In this document: one piece after another, positions 1 to 10,149 of the stretch
Layout of the letters: every line of letters begins with the position of its first letter
Numbering within the stretch: the first letter of the stretch is position 1
Origin: Candidatus Bathyarchaeota archaeon
Lineage (GTDB): Archaea; Thermoproteota; Bathyarchaeia; Bathyarchaeales; Bathyarchaeaceae
Direction of reading: 5' to 3'
Assembly (NCBI GenBank): GCA_963697165.1
Contig: CAVOMX010000012.1
Coordinates: forward strand, 32,001-96,000
Length of the DNA: 64,000 nucleotides
Position numbers and translations under genes: made by a program
Notes under the pieces: model-generated
Seen by the model: the letters and a program-made list of their open reading frames with translations, nothing else
Told to the model about the DNA's origin: nothing
The model's database searches: none

Positions 1-2
1 TT

Positions 3-110
3 GTTGGAGCAGTTGCAACTCTAGTAGAAAAAATTCCTGGAATAGATGACAATATCACAGTACCACTAATAACCGCCTTACTTGTATACATTCACGGAGC
101 ATTAATTTAA
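3..110 (+). CDS. C-terminal fragment of a SEC59/DGK1/VTE5-type polyprenol/dolichol/phytol kinase (runs off the window start)
   Basis: My translation from nt 3 is VGAVATLVEKIPGIDDNITVPLITALLVYIHGALI*. The E...DDN(L/I)xVP motif followed by a terminal TM helix is typical of this family. Confidence 0.7.
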   Translation, partial: VGAVATLVEKIPGIDDNITVPLITALLVYIHGALI

Positions 111-269
111 AAAACCAACATCTTCATTTTTTGCAACATAGATCCCTCTCTCTAAACATAATGGCTTTTCAGCGAAAGGACACTTATTTTTATGACAGGT
201 CGTAACCCTCCTTATGTTTAGCTAAACATGACCTAGCTTAACAGTAAGAAAAAAAGCGTATGCTAGCTG

Positions 270-578
270 TCAAATTTCTAAAGATTCTCTAATTTCGTCT
301 TCTTTGAAACCGTTGATTAAGATTCTGCCATCTATAAGTATTGCCGGAAAGCTGAAACGCCCTCCACGGTTAAGAATGTCCTCTCCGATTTTTTCGTAAT
401 CTTCATCGTTGCATAAGTCGACATCAACATACTCGAATTCAATGTTGTTATCTCTCAGAAGTTGCTTCTCTTTATTACACCACGGGCAGGTACTAAGAGC
501 ATACAACAAAACTCTGTGTTTGCTATTTTTGCCTTGAACCTTTATAGTCTGCATTTTCTCCCCTTTTGGTCTCATCAT
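270..578 (-). CDS. Glutaredoxin/NrdH-like protein
   Basis: YALSTCPWC CxxC motif, SFP cis-Pro motif and a C-terminal INGF. Confidence 0.9.
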   Translation of the reverse strand: MMRPKGEKMQTIKVQGKNSKHRVLLYALSTCPWCNKEKQLLRDNNIEFEYVDVDLCNDEDYEKIGEDILNRGGRFSFPAILIDGRILINGFKEDEIRESLEI

Positions 579-1138
579 TAATACAATTTATCTGAGTTTA
601 GCATATAAATTTTTATAATTTTGAGAATAGAAACCAAAGCGAAAACCCAAATCTTCTAGTGCTAAATCCAAGTATATCCTAATGGGGCTGAAAAGGTTCA
701 AACACAGGAGCACACATTCTTTCCCACTTGAAAAAGGTTGAATGTGACCTATACTCATCAACAACTGTGCTAAAGCCTCAGCACCCCTCTCACATTTCCT
801 TTTTTTATTTATTGCCCTTTTAAATTGATTATACCCAATATTTTTCTCTAGCTCTTGGCCTTTCTTCTATCCACCTGTCCTAAACCGGTCTTCCTTTGTT
901 GTTGATTTTGATAAAACAAAAGAGGAGAACGCACGTTTGCTACGTATTTTTGGTTAACCTACTGTTATTTCTCCCATGTAGACCTGTTTTCCATTTTTTG
1001 AACATGAAACTGGAAAATGATGTAGACATCCCTGCGGTTTAATTGCTAGCTTTGGTCAAAAACAAATAGCTGGAAAGCCATTCTCTTATATAAAACCATT
1101 TAATCTTTATCCTTCTAACAAGTTGGCAGGCTGAAACT

Positions 1139-2095
1139 TTGCAATCTTTGGTTCCTGACGAAATAATTGACATGTTACATAGACAAAAGTATCATCTGGT
1201 GGGAAACCACTCGGCGGTAAAACGGTGCAGATGGCTCTACAACAGTATAGTTCAAGATAGAACATGCTATAAACAGAAATTTTATGGAATAAAGAGTCAC
1301 CAGTGCCTCCAGATGTCTCCCTCACTTTTTCATTGTACAATGAGTTGCGTTTTTTGTTGGCGTGCCCAGAGTGGAGACCACAATTTACGGTGGGACGAAA
1401 CCCGATTACCCGAGTGGGATGACCCAGAGGACATAATTGATGGGTGTATCCGCGAGCAGAAACGGATATTGACGGGATACAAGGCAACCCCCAACGCGGA
1501 CCAAACTAAACGCTTAGAGGCAACAACGCCCAAGCATGCAGCCATAAGCCTAACCGGAGAACCCACCCTATATCCTCATCTGGACGGGTTAATCAATGGC
1601 TTTCACAAACGTGGATTCACCACGTTTCTAGTCTCTAACGGGACAGTTCCAGAAGTCCTATCCAATCTGACCGAGGAACCCACACAACTTTACATTTCGG
1701 TTTCGGCTTTTGATGAGAAAAAGTTCTCTCAGGTTTGTCGTCCCCATGTTTCGGATGCGTGGAAAAAACTTAACAAAACCTTAGAGTTGCTTCCCAGCTT
1801 CAAGTGCCCAACGGTGATCAGATTTACTTTGGCGAGGCACCTGAATCTTGAGCATCCCAAACTTTTCGCAGAGCTTGTCAGAAAGGCAAATCCAACATAT
1901 TTGGAGCCGAAGGCTTACATGTATCTGGGATTTTCGAGGCTAAGGCTGGACTTTAGTAACATGCCGACTCATATGGAAATCAAAGATTTCGGGTCTCAGT
2001 TGTCTACGGAACTGGGTTACAACATTCTCGATGAGGCACCTGACAGCAGGGTGGTTCTGCTTAGCCGCTTGGAAAAGGCTATTAAGTTAGCCTAG
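1139..2095 (+). CDS. taw1: 4-demethylwyosine synthase TYW1/Taw1 (radical SAM)
   Basis: HSAVKRCRW, CYKQKFYGIKSHQC, CxxxCxxC (CTMSCVFCWR), AISLTGEPTLY, EPKAYM.LGFSR. Confidence 0.95.
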   Translation: MQSLVPDEIIDMLHRQKYHLVGNHSAVKRCRWLYNSIVQDRTCYKQKFYGIKSHQCLQMSPSLFHCTMSCVFCWRAQSGDHNLRWDETRLPEWDDPEDIIDGCIREQKRILTGYKATPNADQTKRLEATTPKHAAISLTGEPTLYPHLDGLINGFHKRGFTTFLVSNGTVPEVLSNLTEEPTQLYISVSAFDEKKFSQVCRPHVSDAWKKLNKTLELLPSFKCPTVIRFTLARHLNLEHPKLFAELVRKANPTYLEPKAYMYLGFSRLRLDFSNMPTHMEIKDFGSQLSTELGYNILDEAPDSRVVLLSRLEKAIKLA

Positions 2096-2129
2096 ACTTC
2101 ATTTTGAATTGTTTCTGGCTGTGAACTTT

Positions 2130-2771
2130 ATGTCGTTGAGGGAAATTCTGGAAAAGATTCAAGAAGATTTGAGTGGAAGAGAGCAAGTGCGGGAAGATGT
2201 TCACAGGGACATGCGAAAGGCAACGCGCCTCTCTAAACAAGCTATTCAAGTTACTCACCAAGAAAGATTTGATGACGCTAAAGCCATGCTTGAAGAGGCA
2301 AAGATGCTGTTTGTGAAGCTTAGGGAGACAGCCAAAGATTATCCTTACCTTTTTTACAGCGGTTCTGTTGGTGCTGCCTTCGAAGAAAACGCTGAAGCTC
2401 ACATATTACTTACGCTGATTCAGGAAAGCAGATTTCCAAGTCCGAAAGAAATCGATGTTCCCGTAACGCCCTATGTGCTATCTTTGGGGGACGTGATTGG
2501 GGAGATTAGGCGTAGAGCGCTCGATTTGATTCGGAGAGGAAACGTGGAGGCATCTGAGAAGTGTCTAGAGTGGATGGAGCACATCTACTCCGAGTTGACG
2601 GCTCTAGATGACGCATACATAATCGTTAACGGTCTTAGAAGAAAAGGCGACGTTGCGAGGCGCCTCATAGAAATTACCCGAGGAGACATAACCATCGAAG
2701 TTAGAAGAACCGCCCTAGAACGCTCAATCTTAAAACTAGAGAACAAACTTGAAAAGGAAAATACTGACTGA
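2130..2771 (+). CDS. Translin/TRAX family protein (archaeal C3PO-like)
   Basis: All-helical protein with RE...R, EENAEA and YVLSLGDVIGEIRR motifs and LRRKGDVAR. Confidence 0.85.
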   Translation: MSLREILEKIQEDLSGREQVREDVHRDMRKATRLSKQAIQVTHQERFDDAKAMLEEAKMLFVKLRETAKDYPYLFYSGSVGAAFEENAEAHILLTLIQESRFPSPKEIDVPVTPYVLSLGDVIGEIRRRALDLIRRGNVEASEKCLEWMEHIYSELTALDDAYIIVNGLRRKGDVARRLIEITRGDITIEVRRTALERSILKLENKLEKENTD

Positions 2772-2802
2772 AAAGCCCGAAACCTAAACAGTTTGGGGTC
2801 AA

Positions 2803-3315
2803 AATGGGAGTTGCCGAAGCTTAGCCCAAAGTTTTCTGCCAAAAAAGCCCATCAGATGCAGCAGCGACTATAATAGAAGCTCAGTTTTGAGGAAAATTCC
2901 GCCTGCATATTCAGCGATAAGAATGCTTTACCTTGAACCAGACGTTTTTATGGTCGATGGTTAAGGATTCACTCATCCTTATAGCTTGGGGTTTGCTTCG
3001 AATCTGGGTTTGATTCTGGACAAACCAAATGTTGGGGTAGCAAAGAGCCTGTTGTACGGTAAAGCTGAATCAGTTGGTTCACCTGGACGGGTTTCGCCCC
3101 TAAAGGATAATAAGAGAGAGACCATCGGCGCCGAGGTTATAACAAAGCAGGAAACAAAATCTGTTTTCTATATTAGTGTCGGTCATAAGGTGTCGTTGGA
3201 TCGGGCAGTAATGTTGGTTATGCATTGTGCGAGAAAATATCGGTTGCCTGAGCCGATTAGAAGAGCACACATGATAGCTAATAGCGAAAGAAAGAAGCAT
3301 AAATCAGTTCTTTGA
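2803..3315 (+). pseudogene. nfi: Endonuclease V pseudogene
   Basis: N-terminal remnant FSAKKAHQMQQRL* is followed by a large internal deletion, then PDVFMVDG*GFTHPYSLGFAS (in-frame TAA in the DGxG motif), GVAKSLL, YISVGHKVSL and RLPEPIRRAH. Confidence 0.85.
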
Positions 3316-3434
3316 GTGTTTATCCTTAAAATTATCTAAGTAGACCTAGAATTGTTTACTAATTATATTGAATGTAGAGTACGGATTCATAAATGATTAA
3401 TTAGAATAAGTTTTCCTTTATTCTGTCTTAATAG

Positions 3435-4166
3435 GTGTTATATTTGACCGCCATTCCACAGGTTCCCGAAAATATTGTTCAAAGGAAAGTTATTGTCTAC
3501 AAATCCAGAGTAGACCCTGCGATGCTAAAACAAAAAGCAGAAGAGATGAAGAACGAATTATTCGTTAAACGCTTCTCAAAACCTAAACCTGAAGATATAC
3601 ATGTAGTCTCGGTTGACAAACATTATGAACCATACGTTCTTGTTGACGCAAAATACAGAATTGAATATTACACAAAAAAAAGTTACACTGTTGAGGTCGC
3701 CGAGAAAGCTAAAGAAGTGAAGATACTTGGGGAAACCTTCGTACCTCGGATGGTTGCTATTCCCGATTCTGAGCCTGAGCAGTTCCGTAAGTTTATCAGT
3801 CTTGAAGGACAAGAGTGGTCTTTCTATGAAGACAAAGCATACTTTATTCTTGACAAGAGCGGAAATGAGGTTTCGCCTGATCAGGTTCCTATTGCTCCCT
3901 CTGAGGATAATCCCACAAAACTCTTGAAAGAGTTCGGAAAGAAGACTGAAAAGGTAAAGATCTCTAATCGAGAAGTAATGTTGATCGCTAAAACCAAGAT
4001 AATCAAAAGACCCTCAGACGTGGACACTATTGACAATGAAACATTTCAGGTCACTGAGCACGCGGTAATCTACAATCCAATCTACATAATCACGTTTAGG
4101 AACGTGAAGAATAAAGAAGAAAAAACCGTCAGAATAGACGGCGTCACTGCGGAAGTAATCCAGTAA
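3435..4166 (+). CDS. Hypothetical protein
   Basis: Intact 243-aa ORF with a GGTG-type SD region and a C-terminal IDGVT; no function recognised. Confidence 0.7.
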   Translation: MLYLTAIPQVPENIVQRKVIVYKSRVDPAMLKQKAEEMKNELFVKRFSKPKPEDIHVVSVDKHYEPYVLVDAKYRIEYYTKKSYTVEVAEKAKEVKILGETFVPRMVAIPDSEPEQFRKFISLEGQEWSFYEDKAYFILDKSGNEVSPDQVPIAPSEDNPTKLLKEFGKKTEKVKISNREVMLIAKTKIIKRPSDVDTIDNETFQVTEHAVIYNPIYIITFRNVKNKEEKTVRIDGVTAEVIQ

Positions 4167-4313
4167 CAAGCAGGCGCACAGACGGTTCTTTCTGTTCTCA
4201 AACTCTTTCTTTATTGCGCTTAGAGAAAATGCTAAACTTAGTGTTTTATAGAAAAAATAAGACGCTGAATTGTCAGCGCTTAAAATCTAACTTGAACAAC
4301 TCCGTTTTTTTAC

Positions 4314-4778
4314 TTAGTTTTCTTGTAGTATACAATCGTCGTATTCTTTCTCTAGTTTGTTCTTGTGTCCCAGCTCTTCCTGCGCCAGCTTTGAGAATAG
4401 TTCGCCCATCTTTGTTCCTTTGAGTCCAAGAGCCAAAGTTTTGTAATAGTCGAAGGTGCTTTTTTCTCGCTTAGTCGCATACACAAGTATTGCTTCATAA
4501 TCTGCGCCAGATGACAATGGAGTGTCCTGCAGCATGTCAATGATCTTGAGGTCTTGAACTGCGCCGCCGTGGGAACCAAGTTGCGAAATCTTCGTTTGAT
4601 CCTTAATTATCGCTTCAAGCTTGTTTTTGTGCCCAGTTTCTTCATCTACCAGTTGTTTGAGGAAAACTTTGGATGAAGGATACTTTGCATTCTTTAGAGC
4701 CATAGTGTAAAGGGTGATGGATTGTTCTTCAACTTTTACTGCGGCTTCGATAATTTTTTTCCATTCTAGTTTTGACAA
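4314..4778 (-). CDS. Ferritin-like/rubrerythrin family di-iron protein
   Basis: Repeated E...Y...EExxH pattern (VEEQSITLY, DEETGH, REKSTFDYY, QEELGH). Confidence 0.9.
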   Translation of the reverse strand: MSKLEWKKIIEAAVKVEEQSITLYTMALKNAKYPSSKVFLKQLVDEETGHKNKLEAIIKDQTKISQLGSHGGAVQDLKIIDMLQDTPLSSGADYEAILVYATKREKSTFDYYKTLALGLKGTKMGELFSKLAQEELGHKNKLEKEYDDCILQEN

Positions 4779-4871
4779 GAATTGTTTCCCCTAAACTTTC
4801 TGTGGTTGTTCACTGAACATAAAGTTTTCGAATAACCATTTTGGGTTGCAGAGAACTAAAACTTGTGATGC

Positions 4872-5333
4872 TTACTTTCCGTGGCGCTCAAGATATTCTT
4901 CGACTGTTGGATAGAGCGACTTCACTCTGTCCCGCCGTTTTATTAGGTTGATGTTACGTAGTAGCACACAAACATCTTTTGCGTTGCAGAAGCTTTCGGT
5001 TTTGCCGTCTGGACGCTTTCTGGTGACACAAATACAGTTATCTACCATACAGTTGGCTACGCATGCGGTGCAATGGATGCACAGATCTTCTATGATGCCG
5101 ATTTCTCCCGCCTTCCAGTAAAGAGCATTAGTGGGGCAAGCTTTTACGCACAAATTGCACTCTATTCCTCTGCATGTTCTCAGGTCAATCTTTATGCTGC
5201 CCTCTTCAAAGAAGTCCTTGATTCCCATTGGCTCTAGAAACTCAGCCCTGCGGCTCTTCGGTTTCTCTTCAGAAACTTCTTCCGAGAGGAGATCAAAAAT
5301 ATTCACGTTTTGTTTCTCAGATTTTTTGGGCAT
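4872..5333 (-). CDS. 4Fe-4S dicluster domain protein
   Basis: CRGIECNLCVKACP and CIHCTACVANC ferredoxin motifs. Confidence 0.85.
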   Translation of the reverse strand: MPKKSEKQNVNIFDLLSEEVSEEKPKSRRAEFLEPMGIKDFFEEGSIKIDLRTCRGIECNLCVKACPTNALYWKAGEIGIIEDLCIHCTACVANCMVDNCICVTRKRPDGKTESFCNAKDVCVLLRNINLIKRRDRVKSLYPTVEEYLERHGK

Positions 5334-5544
5334 CTCAGTTCATCCCCTCCCGAGCCTCTTTCTGGTGTATTTAGAGTTGTAAGCTTCCTACAAAATGTTA
5401 CCTATTTTTCAACTCATCAATCTCAGCAAGTCCACCAGATTAACCACACTGTGGCTGCTTTATCGCACACATTCATTTCAGGGTCTAAAGATGATACAGT
5501 TTATAGCTTTTAAAAAAATGGTTATACAATAATTTGGAAATGTA

Positions 5545-6520
5545 ATGAACTGCGAAAAAGGGAAAAATCAAGTGAAGAAAACTGTTGTCATAATCGTTTG
5601 TTTGCTGTTTTTGCTGTCCCTGCTTGTTTTAACGCTTATTTTGTCTATTGGAACAGAATCCGATTTCCGCGAAGGGAAAAATGGGGGTCCTGCATTCATT
5701 ATCTGGGGGCACTCGAGATTAATCTGATGAAACATATATGGGTGGAGAACCTGAGTGTAACGCATCTAGAGATGTCTACGATGCTATTTACGGCTTATTT
5801 CCGGGCACATAATATGCTAGTTGCAGCAACTTTTTAGGGAATCGGCACCCAGCCAGACCAAGTTTTCGGCAATGTTAGATACTGCGAAGAAAATTACAAC
5901 TTTACCGCAATTTTTTTACAAGGGACACAGCATAGGCGCCTATTGTGATGATGAAAACTGTGAACTTGGGGAACACTGGACGCTTTATGCTGACGACAGC
6001 TATGAAGCAGAATACATCTGGGATTACCTTATGCATGATAGGATGATTTCGGGTACACACGATTTTGTTTTCCTTTGGACATGCAGCTACGGCTCAGAAG
6101 CCAGAATAGGAAAAATAGATGAGAACTGTCACAGCGTCGGCATGCTAGCATCATGGATGGACACAAACAGTTTAGAAGCTGACGGCTACGCATCCCCTGA
6201 CCGCAACAATCACTGTTTTATTGGTTTTGACAATTACTCGAGTTGGTTCACCAACAAAACAAGGTATGGCAACTTCAGTGATGCCGATTTTGTTTCCCTA
6301 TTCTTTGAGTATGAATTGTATGATGGCTGGACAATAAACGATGCATTTGATGCCGCTGCAGAAGAAACGAACTCTCAATCATCTTTCGGTGACTGCAAAC
6401 TTTACACAGGATATCTTATGCCTGACCCCGATAATCCGGGAAGATCTGTGATGTGTTAAATACGTGTGTGGGGTCGACGGAAACCTTAGACTGCTAAGAG
6501 AGGAGTGAAAGGGCAGATGA
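5545..6520 (+). pseudogene. Degraded gene for a secreted/extracellular protein
   Basis: Signal-peptide-like start (KKTVVIIVCLLFLLS), several broken frames, a 212-aa core (FYKGHS, FVFLWTC, CFIGFD), and a TAA at 6457-6459 followed by apparent continuation (IRVWG..DGNLRL). Confidence 0.55.
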
Positions 6521-7170
6521 AGCTGTTGACTAGAAAATTGTGTTTGCCTCTGATTCTTGTTGGTGTGTTAGCGGTTTTGGTTGTATACTTGCCTACCGTA
6601 CAGTTAGCAGAAAACTCAGATGCAAACGAGGTGCTGGTCTTCTTAGAAGAGGTAGTTAGCTTAGATGTGCAAAAATATGACGCAACATTACGGGGTACAT
6701 CAGTGACGTATCCTGATTGGCTAGATTGTCTTGCCCATTTGACTGGAAAATATACTCTTGAATCCGAAACAAGCAGAATAGATGTGCTCTTCAAATTCAG
6801 AAACGACACTCTGTCTTGGTGCCTTGCGCGATTAATTGAGGGTTCACCGCACTATACTGATTCCCCATCTGGGAACATTCGTGATTGGATTAAGGGTTTT
6901 CTTTAGAAGTATCAGGAATACTCGAAAACTTCAAGCTTGGAAGAAATGAGAAACATGTTAGACACTGTTGATGTTAAAGAAAACACGACAAAAACAACTG
7001 ATAACCTGAAGCTTAACGTGTCTGTTAATTCGTTTTCGTTCTCCTCTGATTGGAGATACACCCTTGATGGCACACGACTATGATAGAGTGAATTTTAGTG
7101 TCCGAAACATGTACTTCTATGCTTTCAGCGACGAGAGAAGCTACCGACAAACAGTTGATACGCCGTGAAC
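6505..7170 (+). pseudogene. Degraded gene for a secreted/membrane-anchored protein
   Basis: Signal peptide. After an in-frame TAG at 6904-6906 the frame stays open ~55 codons (KYQEYSKTSSLEEMRNMLDTVDV...WRYTLDG), then frameshifts and truncates. Confidence 0.6.
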
Positions 7171-7232
7171 ATCACCGATTACGTATTTATCTCTGGTAAA
7201 CCTCTTAGACAACATTACAATAGACGTTAACT

Positions 7233-8099
7233 GTGATTAAAGTGGCTGGCAGATACAAGGCAATTGCAGTTGAAACCCGATACTGGAAACCAAGAGACGA
7301 TTACGCTCGAGACATAATTAAAGGCATAAAAAACATAATAGCTGACGGAGACTACGTCACTCTCTCTGAAAAGGCAGTTTCCACGGCGCTTGGTAACATA
7401 GTCGACGAAAAAAGCGTCAAACCAAACAGGCTTGCACGTTTCATCGCCAAATACTGGATGCAGCTTGTGTGGCCTTACATTCTGGGTCCTGTATGTCACC
7501 TGAGACAGAAAACCATAACGTTTCTCCGTTCATATCCTACTGAAGAAGGGAGCCTTCACAAGCAGCTAGCCCTTGAGCGGAGCGGTTTTCTGCAAGCCCT
7601 GATGCATGGCTCAGAGGGCGGCATCGACGGAAGCAACCTGCCCCACTCCTATGTCTGTCTGCCATTAGAAAATGCCCACGATGTTGCAACTGAACTGCGG
7701 AAAAGAATAGAAACTGAGCTTGGAAAAAAGGTGTCGGTTGCTATTGTGGATACAGACAAAACTTACTCGCTGAAGGGCTTCCATTTTACTCCTCGTCCAA
7801 AACCCATGAAAGGGATACATTCTCTTGGAGGTGTTTTAGCTTACGTGGCTGGCAGATCTCTTAAATTAAAGAAAAGAGCTACTCCCTTAGCAATATCTGG
7901 ACCTAAAATAACAACCGAAGAAGCTATTGAGGTCGCTAAAGTAGCTAACCGAACACGGGGAGCGGGAGCGGGCAGAACTGTTTGGGACATGGTACAAACA
8001 TTCAATGTCTCCTTGACGAGCGTAACTTGGAAGATGCTCGGCAGCGTGAAACATCACCCCGTAGTAATTATAAGACACAAAACGCAAAGGAGTCAGTAA
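7233..8099 (+). CDS. CofE-like (F420-0:gamma-glutamyl ligase family) protein
   Basis: DGDYVTLSEKAVS, EGGIDGSNLP, VAIVDTD and a GAGAGRT motif. Confidence 0.8.
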   Translation: MIKVAGRYKAIAVETRYWKPRDDYARDIIKGIKNIIADGDYVTLSEKAVSTALGNIVDEKSVKPNRLARFIAKYWMQLVWPYILGPVCHLRQKTITFLRSYPTEEGSLHKQLALERSGFLQALMHGSEGGIDGSNLPHSYVCLPLENAHDVATELRKRIETELGKKVSVAIVDTDKTYSLKGFHFTPRPKPMKGIHSLGGVLAYVAGRSLKLKKRATPLAISGPKITTEEAIEVAKVANRTRGAGAGRTVWDMVQTFNVSLTSVTWKMLGSVKHHPVVIIRHKTQRSQ

Positions 8100-8131
8100 C
8101 CTCAAATTCACATACTAAGGAGCATAGAAAA

Positions 8132-9661
8132 ATGGACCCGATTGTGGAGCAGATGAATACTTTCTTTGAGCCGAATGCAGTTGCGATAATAGGTGCATCG
8201 CGCAGAACCATGAAGGCAGGGCATGTTATCTTCAAAAACTTTGTAATCAACAAACAAAGAAACCTCTTCAAAGCAAAACTGTATCCCGTTAACCCAAACG
8301 AAAAAACCATCCAAGGTTTCCCCTGTTTCTCCTCAATTCTGGACATCAAAGACGAGGTGGACTTAGCGGTTATAGTTGTTCCAGCCAATCTTGTTCCAAA
8401 AATTATGAAGGAAGTCGCCAAAAAGGGAGTGAAAGCGGCTGTAATAATCACTTCCGGCTTTAGTGAAGTTGGAAACCTCGAACTAGAAGAAGAAGTAACG
8501 GCAATCGGAAAAAAGGCGGGAATCCGTATTCTCGGTCCCAACTGTTTAGGCGTCTATGACTCCAAAACTGGCGTGGACATGCTGTTTCTACCCGAAACTA
8601 AGACTCTCACTACAGGAGATGAAGTTGTTGCCACGCCCCGCCCAATGGCAGGTCCCACAGCCATAGTAACCCAGAGTGGCGCCTTCGGCGCAGCCGCCTT
8701 GGATTATCTGGCAGGTAAACAGATGGGCGTAAGCAAGTTTGTAAGCTTTGGCAACAAAGCAGACGTAACTGCGTCAGACATGCTTGAGTACCTTTTGCAT
8801 GACGACAAAACGCATGTTATCCTCTTCTACTCTGAGAGCATAGACAACGGACGAGAATTCATGAAAGTTGCAAAGAAAGTCACCTGCAAGAAGCCTATTA
8901 TTGCTTTAAAGGTGGGAAAATCAGAGGCGGGAGCCCGTGCAGCAGCGTCCCACACAGGATCAATTGCTGGCTCTGACAAAATCTACTCCGCTGCATTCAA
9001 GCAGGTCGGCGTTCTAAGGGCAAATGACCTTGAGGAATTTTTTGACATGGGTAAAGCTTTGGTTTTTCAGCCTCCAGTTGCAGGAAATAATGTTGCAATA
9101 ATAACGGATGCGGGTGGACCTGGAATCATGGCTGTTGACGAGTGTGTGGCTCAGGGGTTGAACGTGAAACGGTTTTCTGAAGAAACTCTACAAAAATTTG
9201 AGGCACTTAAGCGAGAAGGAAAAATTCCACGTTTTGCAACTAACATGAATCCTGTTGACCTCACGGGTTCGGTGACGTCTGAAATGTTTGAGGAGGGCAC
9301 ACGAATTCTTTTCGAAGACCCTGAAATTAATGGCATCATTGTTTTGGGGTTGCATCATCTTCCAGCCCTGCAGGAGGACTTTGTTGACCTTGTGGCAAAC
9401 CTAAGAAACGATTACAATAAACCTGTTGTTGCTTGTGACGTGGGCGAAACTGAGATGGCTCTTCATATCCGTTCAAGGTTCGATAAGCTTGGTATTCCTT
9501 CCTATTTCTCTCCTGAAGATGCGGCTCGTGGCATGGCTGCCCTTGTCAAGTATGGTATGTATTTGAAGAAGTGTGGGCAGTTTGAGAATTACGTGGAGTC
9601 GTTCATGAAACGAAAGAACCTGCGTGAGAAACGAAAGAACAGTTGGACAAAGAAGGCTTAG
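8132..9661 (+). CDS. acdA: ADP-forming acyl-CoA (acetate--CoA) ligase alpha subunit
   Basis: FFEPNAVAIIGAS, YPVNP, ITSGFSE, RILGPNCLG, TQSGA, SFGNKAD, phospho-His ASHTGS, NPVDLTG. The likely start is MDPIVEQ at 8132. Confidence 0.92.
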   Translation: MDPIVEQMNTFFEPNAVAIIGASRRTMKAGHVIFKNFVINKQRNLFKAKLYPVNPNEKTIQGFPCFSSILDIKDEVDLAVIVVPANLVPKIMKEVAKKGVKAAVIITSGFSEVGNLELEEEVTAIGKKAGIRILGPNCLGVYDSKTGVDMLFLPETKTLTTGDEVVATPRPMAGPTAIVTQSGAFGAAALDYLAGKQMGVSKFVSFGNKADVTASDMLEYLLHDDKTHVILFYSESIDNGREFMKVAKKVTCKKPIIALKVGKSEAGARAAASHTGSIAGSDKIYSAAFKQVGVLRANDLEEFFDMGKALVFQPPVAGNNVAIITDAGGPGIMAVDECVAQGLNVKRFSEETLQKFEALKREGKIPRFATNMNPVDLTGSVTSEMFEEGTRILFEDPEINGIIVLGLHHLPALQEDFVDLVANLRNDYNKPVVACDVGETEMALHIRSRFDKLGIPSYFSPEDAARGMAALVKYGMYLKKCGQFENYVESFMKRKNLREKRKNSWTKKA

Positions 9662-10035
9662 GGCTGTTCTTTAAGCCAGCTAGCAACCTTGCTGAACAGT
9701 TTGCTGGTGGACATGTCGATGACGGGCACCATAATTCTTTCTTTTGTCTCTATTATTGCCCTGTATTGGGGCATGAGCGCGTAACTTACGAATGCCCAGT
9801 AAACTTTCTTTTCTTCGATGAGAGCTTTTGCGGCGATTTCGCTTGATGTGGGTAACGGATAGTAGATGAAGATAACTCCGTTTGCCCAGTAGAGTCCTGT
9901 TGGCTTTCCACCGACTGCAATGTTTGTAAATCGTGCCAAATCATCCACAGTTTTGAAACGGGTCTGCTCCATTATGATGATCTCTTTGAAGGATTCACCT
10001 TTAATCATCAGATCTTCCATACAGAATGTCTCCAC
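9658..10035 (-). CDS. Conserved hypothetical archaeal protein
   Basis: Intact ORF (LYWANG.., VPVID) that overlaps the acdA stop convergently. The start may be MIKGES at 10008. Confidence 0.7.
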   Translation of the reverse strand: METFCMEDLMIKGESFKEIIIMEQTRFKTVDDLARFTNIAVGGKPTGLYWANGVIFIYYPLPTSSEIAAKALIEEKKVYWAFVSYALMPQYRAIIETKERIMVPVIDMSTSKLFSKVASWLKEQP

Positions 10036-10149
10036 AAGACAGTTTCAGGTAGACCCCATAATAAGAATTTGGGTACAATATTGTATAGCTGTTTTATTTT
10101 TTTGACGAAAGAACCCTAAAAGAAGATGCATACAATTCTTGATATTTTG

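Noticed and set aside
580..1138. Long intergenic region with a weak GGGGCTGA...TCAGCACCCC pairing and a T-tract
   Set aside because: Pairing is short and no RNA family or ORF is recognisable
5338..5400. Short minus-strand peptide (EAYNSKYTRKRLGRG*) just upstream of the 4Fe-4S gene, a possible remnant of a deleted operon partner
   Set aside because: Too short to assign without a search
6904..6906. In-frame TAG followed by ~55 open codons, as possible pyrrolysine readthrough
   Set aside because: The neighbouring sequence also has TAA stops and frameshifts, many intact genes here end in TAG, and no pyl genes are in the window; a nonsense mutation is simpler
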